64,000 nucleotides of DNA from positions 544,001 through 608,000 of the forward strand of contig CAXXGI010000003.1 of the NCBI GenBank assembly GCA_963674695.2. Direction: 5' to 3'. Positions 1 to 11,491 of this stretch are shown here, one piece after another. The notes beneath the pieces were generated by a model. That model was not told the DNA's origin. It did no database searches and saw nothing but the letters and a program-made list of their open reading frames with translations. This DNA is from a bacterium. Lineage in GTDB: Bacteria; UBA10199; 2-02-FULL-44-16; JAAZCA01. A program made the position numbers and the translations under genes. Each line of letters starts with the position of its first letter. Positions within the stretch are counted from its first letter, which is position 1.

Positions 1-1031
1 AGAAACGATGCTGTCTCGGGATCCGTACCGATCGCGGGGCCGATGGCGGCGACCGTCTTGGCATCGACGAGCGCGAGCGCCTTTTCGAGACCATCGGGAT
101 GAAAGTGCGCGCTCCCCCCATCCGGGATGAGGTCGCACATCAGCTCCGGCGCGTTTGCATCGAATTGCACAAAGGCCGATTCGGGGAGCGCATAGTGCAC
201 GAGCCCCGCACCGGTGCGAAGCGCCGCGCGTCCTGCCAAGATTCCCGCGCCGAGATGACCGCGCGAACCGGCAAAGAGGGCGACCGTTCCGAAGGTCCCC
301 TTGTGGCTCTGCGCCTCACGCGGGGCGAAGGCTTCGGCGAACATCGCGGGTTCGATCAGAAAGAGATCGGTCGCGGCGTGTTCGACCGCTTGCGAGGGAA
401 GACCAATATCGATCGTCTCGACAATCCCCGAGAGCGAGAGGCCCTCGCGCAGGAACAGCCCGCGTTTGGGGCAGCCAAAGGTTACGGTGAGATCCGCGTT
501 GATCGCATGCCCCAGGATGTCGCCGGTGTCGGCTGAGAGTCCCGAAGGGATATCGATCGCCACGATGGGGGCGCCGGCCGCGTTCATCGCGTCGATGGCG
601 GCTTTTGCGATGCCATCTACATCGCGTTCGAGCCCGGTCCCCAGAATGCCGTCGACGATGCAGGCGGCATCGGCCAGCATCGGGCGGTGCGCGACGAGCG
701 CGTTCTCATCCGGGATGACGATCGGTGTGACGTGAAGACGTTCGGCGTTTGCGCGTGCATCGGGCGATAGCGCATCGATGTCGTTCAACACGAGGATTGT
801 GACGCGATATCCGGCATCGATGAGGAGTCGGGCGGCCACGAATCCATCGCCGCCGTTGTTGCCTTTTCCCGTGACGATGACGATCGCTCCGTCGTCGGGA
901 GAAAATCGCATGCGGACGGCATCGGCTACACCCTCTCCCGCGCGTTCCATAAGATCGAGCGATGCGATGCCATATTCGGTGATGGCGGCGCGATCGATTT
1001 CACGCATCTGTTGAGCGGTGAGGAGCTTCAT
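1..1031 (-). CDS. nnr: Bifunctional NAD(P)H-hydrate epimerase/dehydratase (YjeF/Nnr), 5' part; runs off the window edge
   Basis: Translated by hand from the ATG at 1031: MKLLTAQQMREIDRAAITEYGIASLDLMERAGEG...GKGNNGGDGFVAAR, typical YjeF_N motifs. It is absent from the ORF track because it is truncated. Confidence 0.9.
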   Translation of the reverse strand, partial: MKLLTAQQMREIDRAAITEYGIASLDLMERAGEGVADAVRMRFSPDDGAIVIVTGKGNNGGDGFVAARLLIDAGYRVTILVLNDIDALSPDARANAERLHVTPIVIPDENALVAHRPMLADAACIVDGILGTGLERDVDGIAKAAIDAMNAAGAPIVAIDIPSGLSADTGDILGHAINADLTVTFGCPKRGLFLREGLSLSGIVETIDIGLPSQAVEHAATDLFLIEPAMFAEAFAPREAQSHKGTFGTVALFAGSRGHLGAGILAGRAALRTGAGLVHYALPESAFVQFDANAPELMCDLIPDGGSAHFHPDGLEKALALVDAKTVAAIGPAIGTDPETASF

Positions 1032-1113
1032 CGGTTCGATGGTCCGATGGTCCGATGGTCCGTCGGTTTGGTGTTGAACCATCGAACCGACGAACTGACG
1101 AACCATCGAACGG
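1032..1113. repeat. Inverted arrays of 8-nt repeats (GATGGTCC / CCATCGAA-type)
   Basis: cggttcgatggtccgatggtccgatggtccgtcgg...gaaccatcgaaccgacgaactgacgaaccatcgaac fills the acpS-nnr gap. Confidence 0.8.
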
Positions 1114-1115
1114 GT

Positions 1116-1490
1116 TCATCCTTCAAGCACTACATTCGCGATGCCGTAGTCGCCGTCATGGGAGATCATCAGGTGGACGTTCGATATGTCCTGCGCATCA
1201 GCCAATTCCTTGACGCGGCCGGTGAGTGTGACGAAGGGACGCGAATCCTTCTGGCCAATTTCGATATCCTTGAGCGAAATCCCCTCGACGCTGCGCGGAA
1301 AGAGCGCTTTGATGAAGGCTTCCTTCGCCGCGAATCGGGTGGCGAAACGCTGGGCAGGATTCTTCTTCGTGTTGCAATAGTGAATTTCGGTGTCGGTGAA
1401 GACGCGTTTGATGAAGTGCGTCTTCCACCGATAGATGATCGATTCGAACCGACGTACATCCACGAGATCTACTCCAATGCCGATGATCAT
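1116..1490 (-). CDS. acpS: Holo-[acyl-carrier-protein] synthase
   Basis: MIIGIGVDLVDV...RFAAKEAFIKAL...ISHDGDYGIA. Start reassigned to ATG 1490 because the longer ORF reads through a REP. Confidence 0.95.
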   Translation of the reverse strand: MIIGIGVDLVDVRRFESIIYRWKTHFIKRVFTDTEIHYCNTKKNPAQRFATRFAAKEAFIKALFPRSVEGISLKDIEIGQKDSRPFVTLTGRVKELADAQDISNVHLMISHDGDYGIANVVLEG

Positions 1491-1538
1491 GTGTAACCCC
1501 TGTTCGATGGTTCGATGGTTCGTCGGTTCGTCTCTGTT

Positions 1539-1607
1539 GTCATTCCCGCGGAGGCGGGAATCTCGATTGTGCAAGTACGTCGAGATTCCCGCCTCCGCGG
1601 GAATGAC
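1539..1607. repeat. REP-like palindrome doublet (GTCATTCCCGCG...GGGAATGAC) embedded in 8-nt repeats
   Basis: Two inverted hairpin units, flanked by GTTCGATG repeats at 1501-1530 and their complement at about 1618-1634. Confidence 0.85.
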
Positions 1608-1624
1608 AACAAAAGTCCGTCGAA

Positions 1625-2344
1625 CTATCGAACCAAAAGTCGTTTCATCTCCCCCACCGCCTGCTCCATGCCGACGATGACGGCGCGGGCGATGATGGCG
1701 TGCCCGATGTTGTATTCCACCACTTCCGGCAGCGCCTCGATGACGGTTGCCGTATTGTCGAGATTGAGTCCATGTCCGGCGCAGATCTCGAGGGTGCCCT
1801 TGGCCGCGTGCTGCGTGGCGATGCGAAGGCGTTCGAGTTCGGCGGCGGCCGCGCGCGCGTCGGGGGCATCGCAGTAGGCGCCGGTGTGCAACTCGATCGC
1901 ATCGGCGCCGGCCTCGACCGATGCATCCACCTGCGCGCATTCCGGGTCGATGAAGAGGCTCACGCGAATGCCGGCCTCTTTGAGGCGCCCCACCGCATCG
2001 CCGATCGCCTTCTGGTTTCCGGCGACATCGAGGCCCCCCTCGGTGGTGAGTTCTTCGCGGCGTTCCGGAACGAGCGTGGCTGAGGCGGGCTTCACCCGGC
2101 AGGCGATGGCGATGATCTCCTCAGCTGCGGCCATCTCGAGATTGAGCGGGACATCGATCGTATCGATCAATCGCGTGATATCCGCATCCTGGATGTGCCG
2201 GCGATCCTCGCGCAGGTGGACGGTGATCTGATCGGCCCCGGCGCGGATCGCATCGAGGGCGGCCGCGACGGGATCGGGATAGGTCGTGCCGCGTGCTTGG
2301 CGAAGGGTTGCCACATGGTCGACGTTCACACCGAGACGAATCAT
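1625..2344 (-). CDS. pdxJ: Pyridoxine 5'-phosphate synthase
   Basis: MIRLGVNVDHVATLRQARG...HLREDRRHI...TTEGGLD...NIGHAII. Confidence 0.96.
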   Translation of the reverse strand: MIRLGVNVDHVATLRQARGTTYPDPVAAALDAIRAGADQITVHLREDRRHIQDADITRLIDTIDVPLNLEMAAAEEIIAIACRVKPASATLVPERREELTTEGGLDVAGNQKAIGDAVGRLKEAGIRVSLFIDPECAQVDASVEAGADAIELHTGAYCDAPDARAAAAELERLRIATQHAAKGTLEICAGHGLNLDNTATVIEALPEVVEYNIGHAIIARAVIVGMEQAVGEMKRLLVR

Positions 2345-2362
2345 CGCTTTTCCTCGAATGGT

Positions 2363-2431
2363 GTCATTCCCGCGAAAGCGGGAATCCCGATTGTGACGAA
2401 ACATCGAGATCCCCGTTTTCACGGGGATGAC
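2363..2431. repeat. REP-like palindrome doublet
   Basis: gtcattcccgcgaaagcgggaatc...gatccccgttttcacggggatgac between glmM and pdxJ. Confidence 0.85.
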
Positions 2432-2438
2432 AACAGCC

Positions 2439-3797
<1,359 letters not shown>

Positions 3798-3852
3798 TGG
3801 GTCTTCCCCCCGCTTGAAAGATGGCGTTGCTTATAGGAAAACGATAGAAATA

Positions 3853-4686
3853 TCAAGGCTGAAGGGGGCTTTTCAGGCATTCGAACATGTCGAGAAAACG
3901 ACGCGCTGCTCCGGCGTCGTGGACCCGAAAGATCTGGGCTCCACCCTGTCGGGCGACGCCGATGGAGGCGAGCGTTGCTTCAAGTCGATTCTCGACATCA
4001 AGGCCTAACAGTTTACCGATAAAGGATTTTCTCGACGGGCCAATCAGGATCGGATATCCACGATCGGCGATCGATTGCAGTTGGCGCAGGAGCATCACGT
4101 TGTCCTGCACGCCCTTGCCGAACCCGATGCCGGGGTCGATGAGGATTCGGGCGCGATCGACCCCCTCATCCTGGGCGCATCCTGCCCGCTCCTCCAAAAA
4201 GGCGCCGACCTCCTCGAGCAGATCGTCGTAGTGGGGGTCGAGCTGCATCGTTGCCGGAGTGCCCTGCATGTGCATCAGGCAGATGGGGCAGCCGCGTTCT
4301 GCCGCCAGCGCGAACATATCGGGATCGTCGCGGCCCGCGGAGATGTCGTTGATCATGTTCGCACCCGCATCGAGGGCAGCACAGGCCACTTCCGCACTCG
4401 TCGTATCGATGGAGATGGGAATGGAATCGACTTCACGAATGCCGACGATGACCGGGGCGATGCGTTGAATCTGCATCTGCGGCGGAACATGGTCTGCACC
4501 CGGTCGCGTCGATTCGCCGCCGATATCGATGAGGTCGGCCCCTTCTTGGGCAAGCCGGAGCGCACCCTCGATCGCCGCTTGGGGCCCGAAATGGAGCCCG
4601 CCGTCGGAAAAGGAGTCGGGCGTGGCGTTGATGATGCCCATCACCGCCGGACGTTTCGATGTAAGGGTATAGGTACCGATGTTCAT
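3853..4686 (-). CDS. folP: Dihydropteroate synthase
   Basis: MGIINATPDSFSDGG, GGESTRPG, DPGIGFGK, SRKSFIG, RVHD; start could also be 4740. Confidence 0.95.
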   Translation of the reverse strand: MNIGTYTLTSKRPAVMGIINATPDSFSDGGLHFGPQAAIEGALRLAQEGADLIDIGGESTRPGADHVPPQMQIQRIAPVIVGIREVDSIPISIDTTSAEVACAALDAGANMINDISAGRDDPDMFALAAERGCPICLMHMQGTPATMQLDPHYDDLLEEVGAFLEERAGCAQDEGVDRARILIDPGIGFGKGVQDNVMLLRQLQSIADRGYPILIGPSRKSFIGKLLGLDVENRLEATLASIGVARQGGAQIFRVHDAGAARRFLDMFECLKSPLQP

Positions 4687-4779
4687 AAGCTGACCGATTA
4701 ATGAAAGGCTTTCGTCCGAGATCGCGAAGGGATCGATCATCCATCGTCCAAACGAACAACGTGAGTGATCGTCCCTCGT

Positions 4780-6732
4780 TTATGCGGTTGTTTCCGGTGA
4801 CAACTTCGGCGATGGCGTCTCTTCCGGTTTGGCATCCTCCGTCTCGGATGCGGTCGAAGCCGCTGCCGTGACTACCTCATCGACTTTCACCGGCTCGATC
4901 GTCTCCCCCTTCATGATGCGGTCGATCTGATCGCCGGAGAGCGATTCGTGTTCGAGCAGCGCCTCCGCCAAACGGATGAGTTGCTCCCGATGTTCGAGCA
5001 GGATCGCCTTGGCGCGCTCATAGTTTTCCGTGATGATGCGCTTGACCTCTTCATCGATTTGACGTGCGGTCTGCTCGCTGTAGTTGGAATGCTGCGCGAT
5101 CTCGCGCCCGAGGAAGATCTGCTCCTCCTTCTTTCCGAAAGAGAGCGGGCCGAGCTTCTCGCTCATCCCCCACTCACAGGCCATCTTGCGTGCCAGATCC
5201 GTGGCCCGTTCGATATCGTTTCCCGCGCCGGTGGTCGGCTGATTGAAGATCAGCTCCTCAGCGGCGCGTCCGCCCAACAGGATGGAGAGGCTGTTTTCGC
5301 AGAACTCGCGGTTCTGCGTGTAGCGATCGTCGGTGGGGAGTTGCTGGGTGAGCCCCAAGGCGGCACCGCGCGGAATGATCGTGACCTTGTGGATCGGGTC
5401 GGTGCCGGGGATGAGCTTGGCCACCAGCGTATGCCCCGCCTCATGGTAGGCGGTGTTCCGTTTCTCATCGTCGCTGATGATCATGCTCTTGCGCTCTGCG
5501 CCCATGAGCACCTTGTCCTTGGCCACCTCGAAATCGCTCATGTCGATCAACTTCTTCCCGCATCGAGCGGCGATGAGCGCCGCCTCGTTGACGACGTTCT
5601 CCAGATCGGCGCCGGAAAAACCGGGGGTGCCGCGGGCGATCGTGCCGAGTTTCACATCTTCGGCCAGCGGCTTGCCCTTGCAGTGCACGTCGAGGATCGC
5701 CTCGCGCCCGCCCACATCCGGCCGTGGCACGACGACGCGCCGGTCGAAGCGCCCGGGGCGCAACAGCGCCGGATCGAGCACATCCGGGCGGTTGGTCGCG
5801 GCCATGATGATGACGCCCTCGTTCGATTCAAACCCATCCATCTCGACGAGCAATTGGTTCAACGTCTGTTCGCGCTCGTCGTGTCCGCCGCCGAGGCCTG
5901 CGCCACGATGGCGGCCGACCGCGTCGATCTCATCGATGAAGACGATGCACGGGGCGTTCTTCTTGCCCTGTTCGAACATGTCGCGCACGCGCGAAGCCCC
6001 GACGCCGACGAACATCTCGACGAACTCGGAACCCGAGATCGAGAAGAACGGCACGCTCGCCTCGCCTGCAACGGCACGCGCCAGCAGCGTCTTGCCCGAC
6101 CCCGGCGGTCCCATGAGCAGCACGCCTTTCGGAATGCGACCGCCGAGCGCGGTGAAGGTTTTGGGCTCACGAAGGAAGGCGATGATCTCGCGCAGCTCCT
6201 CCTTGGCCTCCTCCACGCCCGCGACATCGGCGAAGGTGATCTTCTTCAGGTTGTCCGCCATAAGCTTGGCCTTGCTGCGCCCGAAGCTCATGGCCTTGCC
6301 GCCGCCTGCTTGGATTTGGCGCATGGAAAAGAAGAAAAATCCGAAGAGCAGCAGCATGGGGAGCCAGGAGATGAGCATGGTCTGCCAGAACGGCGTCTCC
6401 CGCTTCTTCACGAACTCGACCTTCGTCTTACTCTTGGAGAGCAGATCCAGCGCGCGTTCGCTATCGATGGGGCCGATGGTTTCAAAATGAGCGCCGTTGC
6501 TATGGCTGGCGTTGAACTGGCCGCGGTATTCATCCTCCTGGATGGTGACCTCTTCCACCTGGCCCGCCTCGACGGCGGTGAGAAACTCGGAGAAGCTGAT
6601 CTTCTCGGCCGAGCTGATGGGTTGGTTCATGATGTGCAAGACGCCCAAGACCATGAGGACGATGATCAGCCAGAGCGCGATCGTCTTGTGCGTCTGCTTG
6701 ATGCCGCTTGGGGGCTGTTTCTTGATGGGCAT
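4780..6732 (-). CDS. ftsH: ATP-dependent zinc metalloprotease FtsH
   Basis: Two TM segments, Walker [12 protein letters not shown] region and HEAGH zinc motif; tilS-ftsH-folP-glmM synteny. Confidence 0.98.
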   Translation of the reverse strand: MPIKKQPPSGIKQTHKTIALWLIIVLMVLGVLHIMNQPISSAEKISFSEFLTAVEAGQVEEVTIQEDEYRGQFNASHSNGAHFETIGPIDSERALDLLSKSKTKVEFVKKRETPFWQTMLISWLPMLLLFGFFFFSMRQIQAGGGKAMSFGRSKAKLMADNLKKITFADVAGVEEAKEELREIIAFLREPKTFTALGGRIPKGVLLMGPPGSGKTLLARAVAGEASVPFFSISGSEFVEMFVGVGASRVRDMFEQGKKNAPCIVFIDEIDAVGRHRGAGLGGGHDEREQTLNQLLVEMDGFESNEGVIIMAATNRPDVLDPALLRPGRFDRRVVVPRPDVGGREAILDVHCKGKPLAEDVKLGTIARGTPGFSGADLENVVNEAALIAARCGKKLIDMSDFEVAKDKVLMGAERKSMIISDDEKRNTAYHEAGHTLVAKLIPGTDPIHKVTIIPRGAALGLTQQLPTDDRYTQNREFCENSLSILLGGRAAEELIFNQPTTGAGNDIERATDLARKMACEWGMSEKLGPLSFGKKEEQIFLGREIAQHSNYSEQTARQIDEEVKRIITENYERAKAILLEHREQLIRLAEALLEHESLSGDQIDRIMKGETIEPVKVDEVVTAAASTASETEDAKPEETPSPKLSPETTA

Positions 6733-6814
6733 GGTTCCTCCGTCAAAACCTTCGAAAACAACGTCGTTTCAGCTTGCTAGTGGGAAATATCGACAGATGC
6801 AACCAAATTGCGAA

Positions 6815-7804
6815 TCAGCGGTCACACTTCGAGCGCATACGTCTGATGACAAGCGCATCGCCCTTTCGGACGAACTGCCATCGTCGAGGGAGACGATAGG
6901 TGCCGGATGCTTTTTGGCGCGTGCAGGCGATGGCGTCCATGCGCTCGAGATGATCAGCGGCGAGATCGGCGGTGGAGCCGGCCAGCTGTTCGAAGAGCAG
7001 CCGCAACATGGCCTGTCGAAGGCCTCCGGGTGCAGCGCAGAAGCCGATGCGATCGATCGTGTTGGCGTCCTGTCGGATGCACTCAAGCGCTTCGGCGGCG
7101 ATGGTCTCTATCGTTTTTCGTACATCGAAGAGGCGCCGACCGGTGTCGGCGATATGCTCGCCCGCCTTCGGATTGATGGCCTGCAGCAGCGGGATGAGAT
7201 CGTGACGCACCCGGTTGCGCGCATATTTCTTCGCGGCGTTGGTGGAATCATCGCGGAAGGCAATGCTTCGTTCGTGGGCATAGCGCTCGATTTCAGAACG
7301 CGAGGCAAAGAGCAACGGTCGGATGAGGCGCATGCCGTCCTGCATCGCCAGCGGGTGCATGCCTGACAGGCCCGCCACCCCCGCGCCGCGGATGAGATGC
7401 ATGAGGATCGTTTCGACCTGATCGTCGCGATGATGTGCGGTGGCGATAGCGGCATGGTGTCTTTGCGCAACGCGTTCGAGGAACCGTCGCCGAATCGTTC
7501 GGGCCGCGTTCTGGAGGTTCTGTGATGCAGCGGGCTTTTTTTGCAGCACCTCGATGGGACAGCCGAGCGCTTCAGCGCGTTCGCGAACGAGCCGTTCATC
7601 GGCGTTCGATGCCCTCCCCCGCAGGCCATGATTGATGTGGGCGATGACCAGGGTGAGGCCGAGCGGTTTTCGCAGGCGCGCACAGAGATCCATGAGGACC
7701 ATCGAGTCGATGCCGCCCGAGATGGAGAGCAGGAGCGTATCGTTTTTCTCGATGAGCTTCTCTTTGGCGATGAACTGTTTGAAGTGTGGATAGAGCATGC
7801 TCAT
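6815..7804 (-). CDS. tilS: tRNA(Ile)-lysidine synthetase
   Basis: SGGIDS PP-loop, HINHGLR, TAHHRDDQVET, RPLL, RNRVR. Confidence 0.93.
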   Translation of the reverse strand: MSMLYPHFKQFIAKEKLIEKNDTLLLSISGGIDSMVLMDLCARLRKPLGLTLVIAHINHGLRGRASNADERLVRERAEALGCPIEVLQKKPAASQNLQNAARTIRRRFLERVAQRHHAAIATAHHRDDQVETILMHLIRGAGVAGLSGMHPLAMQDGMRLIRPLLFASRSEIERYAHERSIAFRDDSTNAAKKYARNRVRHDLIPLLQAINPKAGEHIADTGRRLFDVRKTIETIAAEALECIRQDANTIDRIGFCAAPGGLRQAMLRLLFEQLAGSTADLAADHLERMDAIACTRQKASGTYRLPRRWQFVRKGDALVIRRMRSKCDR

Positions 7805-7845
7805 GAAAAGTTTTACGATTGTCACCCCCGAGTGCCCCTGCCTTT

Positions 7846-7915
7846 GTCATCCCCGTGAAAACGGGGATCTCGATCGAAAGATCAAAATCGAGATTCCCGC
7901 TTCCGCGGGAATGAC
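7846..7915. repeat. REP-like palindrome doublet
   Basis: gtcatccccgtgaaaacggggatctcg...cgagattcccgcttccgcgggaatgac. Confidence 0.85.
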
Positions 7916-7933
7916 AACGACTCGTGTACGTTT

Positions 7934-8455
7934 CTATGATTCCATTATTCCCGCATCGATGTAGGTCTGGGCGAACTGGGCGTAGCGCTGTGCGGACTCC
8001 GCGAGCTTTGCCGTTGTCGATGGTTCGAGTTCGCCCTTGATCTTGGCGGGCACTCCCAAGACCAGCGAGCGCGGCGGGACGTTCATCCCCTCGGTAACCA
8101 CCGCTCCGGCGCCGATCACCGACTGCGCCCCGATGATCGCCCCGTTCATGATGGTGGCGCCCATGCCGATGAGTGCGCCATCGCCGATGGTGCAGCCGTG
8201 GAGGATGGCGCGATGGCCGACGGTCACCTCATCGCCGATGGTGAGCGCATGTTCGCGCTCGACATGCAGGACGCAGAGGTCTTGGACGTTGGTGTGATGA
8301 CCGATCTGAATAGAGCCGATGTCGCCGCGGATGACGGCGCCGAACCAGACGCTGGCATGCGCGCCGATGTGGACATCGCCGATGATGGTGGCGTTGGGTG
8401 CGACGAACGCCGTTGCCTCGATCGTGGGCGTCTTTTCGTTGAGCGCGATGATCAT
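7934..8455 (-). CDS. Gamma-carbonic anhydrase family protein (YrdA-like)
   Basis: Hexapeptide repeats, RGD, NVQD, VTVGH..LHGC. Confidence 0.92.
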   Translation of the reverse strand: MIIALNEKTPTIEATAFVAPNATIIGDVHIGAHASVWFGAVIRGDIGSIQIGHHTNVQDLCVLHVEREHALTIGDEVTVGHRAILHGCTIGDGALIGMGATIMNGAIIGAQSVIGAGAVVTEGMNVPPRSLVLGVPAKIKGELEPSTTAKLAESAQRYAQFAQTYIDAGIMES

Positions 8456-8841
8456 ATCACTCCTCGAACGGTGGATGATCGGCGGCGGTTGGAGGAACGC
8501 ATAAAGAGTGCTGCGAGCGAAAGAAAAAACGCGGCGCCGATGGCATCGGCGATCACGTCGCCGAACTCAGCGCTGCGATGGGCAAGCCGCATCTGCACGA
8601 GCTCCATGCCGGAGCCATACGCGACGGCGATGATTCCGGCGATGAAGGGCAGACCAGATCGATCGCGCCAGTGGCTCGCGCGCAATGACCAGAGGCAGAG
8701 CAGTGCCAAGAGACCATAAAAGAGCGCGTGAAAGACCTTGTCGGCGTGCGGGAACATCGGCTCGCCAGAGAAGCTTGCCGTAGAGAGATAGAGGATGAAC
8801 CCCGCCTGTGCGAGGGTGAGGATGTAGCGAAGATATTTCAT
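8452..8841 (-). CDS. VanZ family membrane protein
   Basis: DKVFHALFY...ELVQ...RSAEFGDVIADAIG motif; hydrophobic. Confidence 0.85.
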   Translation of the reverse strand: MKYLRYILTLAQAGFILYLSTASFSGEPMFPHADKVFHALFYGLLALLCLWSLRASHWRDRSGLPFIAGIIAVAYGSGMELVQMRLAHRSAEFGDVIADAIGAAFFLSLAALFMRSSNRRRSSTVRGVI

Positions 8842-8874
8842 GAATGTATCTTTCAAATCTGGGTACTGTGACCA

Positions 8875-8988
8875 TCGAGATTCCCGCTTTCGCGGGAATG
8901 ACAGCGGCTTGGTTTGTCATCCCCGCGAAAGCGGGGATCTCGATGTGTCGCAAAAAGCGAGATTCCCGCTTACACCTGCGGGAATGGC
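8875..8988. repeat. REP-like cluster (three hairpin units)
   Basis: gagattcccgctttcgcgggaatgac / gtcatccccgcgaaagcggggatctc / gagattcccgcttacacctgcgggaatg. Confidence 0.85.
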
Positions 8989-8997
8989 ACCCATCGA

Positions 8998-9516
8998 CTA
9001 CATCTTATACTTTCCAAAATCCTCCGGGGAGAGGTTCTCCAGGATCTCGGCCCACTTTTGTTTCTTCATGTCGTCGAGCGAACCCTCTTGGCTCAGGTCG
9101 ATCTTGCGTGATTTGTCGATCACATGGCGAGCGACGAAGATGGGCGACTTCGTGCGCAGCGCGATGGCGATGGCGTCAGACGGACGCGAGTCGAGCGTGT
9201 AGACGCGTTCATCCTGCGAGAGGGTCACGCGGGCATAGAAGGTGTTGTCGGATAGGTCGCTCACCTCGACGCGCTCGACATCGATGCCCGTTTCATCGAG
9301 GATGTTCTTGAGCAGGTCGTGCGTCATGGGTCTCGCGAGCTGAATGTCTTCAAGCTCGGTGGCAATCGCACTGGCCTCGATCAGCCCGATCCAGATCGGC
9401 AGCGCGCATTTCTCCGCCATATCCTTGAGGATGATGATGGGCATACTGGTGAAGGGGTCGATGGTGAGCCCGGTGACCTTCATCTCTACGTATTCAGGCG
9501 TATTGGCGTCGCTCAT
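8998..9516 (-). CDS. Bifunctional nuclease family protein (DUF151)
   Basis: LPIWIG..EA, RPMTHDL, DSRPSDAIAIALR. Confidence 0.92.
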   Translation of the reverse strand: MSDANTPEYVEMKVTGLTIDPFTSMPIIILKDMAEKCALPIWIGLIEASAIATELEDIQLARPMTHDLLKNILDETGIDVERVEVSDLSDNTFYARVTLSQDERVYTLDSRPSDAIAIALRTKSPIFVARHVIDKSRKIDLSQEGSLDDMKKQKWAEILENLSPEDFGKYKM

Positions 9517-10949
9517 GAAGCCCTCTCCCCGGCCAGCGAGTTGTCGTATGCTGCGGTGATGCGCAAGCGGACTATAGCGCCAAGGTCGTCCGCTTTTCCA
9601 GCAAAATGTATGATGCGGTTATCGGGGAGGCGGCCGGTCATCATGCCCCGTCCCATGCGATCGGTTCCGGTGACGAGTGCGTCGGAAACGGTTCCGATGC
9701 GTGTCTCATTGGCGGCGCGAGAAAGCGTGCGCACCCGTGTGAGAAGATCATCGAGGCGGCGCTCCTTGTCCACGGTCGGGATATCGTCGGCAAACTGCTC
9801 GGCCGCGCGTGTTCCTGCGCGGGGGGAATATTTAAAGGCGAAGGCGGAATCGAAACCGACCTGTTCAATGAGATCCAGAGTCTGTCGAAAATCGGCGTCG
9901 CTCTCTCCGCAAAAACCCACGATGATGTCGGTGGTGATGCTCATGTCGGGGCGCGCTGCGCGCAATCGCTCGATGATGTTCAGATAGTCTTCGCGCGTAT
10001 AGCCGCGGTTCATGCGTTTGAGAACGGCATTCGCCCCCGCCTGCACCGGCAGATGGATGTGCGGCATGAGTTTTTCATTCTCCGCATATTCGCGGATGAG
10101 ATCGTCACCCACGTCCTTCGGATGGGGGGACATGAAGCGGATTCTCGTGATAGGCGTCTCGTGGGCGATGCGGCGCAATAGATCAGGAAACGAGAGGCCA
10201 TTGAACTTTTCGTGACCCGTGACCCCCGCCACTAATGCTTCGGCGGGCAGGCGTGACCCGTGACCCGGAAAGGCGTAGGCGTTCACGTTCTGGCCGAGGA
10301 GCGTGACCTCTTTGGTGCCAGCGTCGGCCAGACGCCCCACTTCTGCGACGATCGCATCCGGATCGCGGCAGACCTCGCGGCCGCGCACATAGGGGACGAT
10401 GCAGTAGGTGCAGAAGCAGTTGCAGCCTTTCATTATTGAAACAAAATTCGTAACTCGTAACTCGTGACTCGTAACTCCCGTGTCCAGGTCGAGAAAACGA
10501 TACTGCTCGGAATCGTTGATGAGATCGAGGGCGGCGGGACGTTTTCCCTGCTGGGCCTCACCGATCAGGCGCGGGAGTTCGTGGATCTGGTCGGGGCCGA
10601 AGGCAAAGTCGAGGCCATCGAAGCGTTCCAGGAGTTTTGCGCCCTCTTCCTGCGCCACACAGCCGCAGATGCCGACGAGCGCGCCGGGTCGGGCGGCCTT
10701 GAAATCGGGGATGCGACCGAGTTGGCTGACGGCCTTGTGGTGCGCCTTTTCCCGAATCGTACAGGTGTTGAAGAGGATGAGGTCAGCGTTATCCGTCGTA
10801 TCCGTGGAGGCATACCCTTCCTGCGCGAGCAACGCCCGGATCCGATCCGAGTCATGCTCGTTCATCTGACAGCCGAAGGTCTTAATATAGACGAGTTTTT
10901 GAGGGGTTGGGCTCATTTGCTCAAGCGGAGTATCAGAAGCGGATGCCAC
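9513..10949 (-). CDS. miaB: tRNA-2-methylthio-N6-dimethylallyladenosine synthase
   Basis: TFGCQMN, NTCTIREKA, radical SAM CNCFCTYC, TDIIVGF, C-terminal TRAM domain; carries two in-frame repeat insertions. Confidence 0.96.
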   Translation of the reverse strand: MASASDTPLEQMSPTPQKLVYIKTFGCQMNEHDSDRIRALLAQEGYASTDTTDNADLILFNTCTIREKAHHKAVSQLGRIPDFKAARPGALVGICGCVAQEEGAKLLERFDGLDFAFGPDQIHELPRLIGEAQQGKRPAALDLINDSEQYRFLDLDTGVTSHELRVTNFVSIMKGCNCFCTYCIVPYVRGREVCRDPDAIVAEVGRLADAGTKEVTLLGQNVNAYAFPGHGSRLPAEALVAGVTGHEKFNGLSFPDLLRRIAHETPITRIRFMSPHPKDVGDDLIREYAENEKLMPHIHLPVQAGANAVLKRMNRGYTREDYLNIIERLRAARPDMSITTDIIVGFCGESDADFRQTLDLIEQVGFDSAFAFKYSPRAGTRAAEQFADDIPTVDKERRLDDLLTRVRTLSRAANETRIGTVSDALVTGTDRMGRGMMTGRLPDNRIIHFAGKADDLGAIVRLRITAAYDNSLAGERAS

Positions 10950-10977
10950 CTGTCAACCGGGCATTATGTGCAAACAT

Positions 10978-11128
10978 TGTCATTCCGGAATGACAATGCA
11001 AGGGGGGTGTCATTCCCGCCCCCGATTCAATCATTCGAGGGCAGGCTCCGGCGGGAATCTCGCTTTTTACGGCACATCGAGATCCCCGTTTTCACGGGGA
11101 TGACAACAGCAGGGTCTGTCAGCAATTT
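10978..11128. repeat. Composite REP-like element related to the 43730-43874 element
   Basis: Right half acggcacatcgagatccccg...ggggatgacaacagcagggtctgtca matches 43815-43866. Confidence 0.75.
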
Positions 11129-11137
11129 GAGGGGCGG

Positions 11138-11491
11138 TTACTCCCCTGCCGGTTTGAAGAGTTCGACGAACTTGTCTTTGACGAGGATGGTGAGGAACTT
11201 CTGGAGGCGTTCATCGGCGGGTTCGATCTTCTCGCCGAAATGCGTGCGCATGGCCTCGACGACCTGTTGGAACGGGGTGCCGCCGTCGAGCGTGCGCCAG
11301 ACGAAGCTGCCGAACTCGTCGAGGCGCACACGGATGTGCGGGCGACGCAGCTTCGGCTGTAGCCAACGAGCGAGCGGCCCCTTGCGGAAACGAGGGACCA
11401 AAAGGACGGCCCCTCCGTCGGGGCCGTCCTCCCAGTCGATCGCATGTTTCGCTATGACATCAGTCCATGACGCTTGGTGGTGCTGGCTCAT
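11138..11491 (-). CDS. Stand-alone PqqD/RRE family protein
   Basis: RVRLDEFGSFVWRTLDGGTPFQQVVEAMRTHFGE...RLQKFLTIL pattern; overlaps the end of the OPT gene. Confidence 0.85.
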   Translation of the reverse strand: MSQHHQASWTDVIAKHAIDWEDGPDGGAVLLVPRFRKGPLARWLQPKLRRPHIRVRLDEFGSFVWRTLDGGTPFQQVVEAMRTHFGEKIEPADERLQKFLTILVKDKFVELFKPAGE

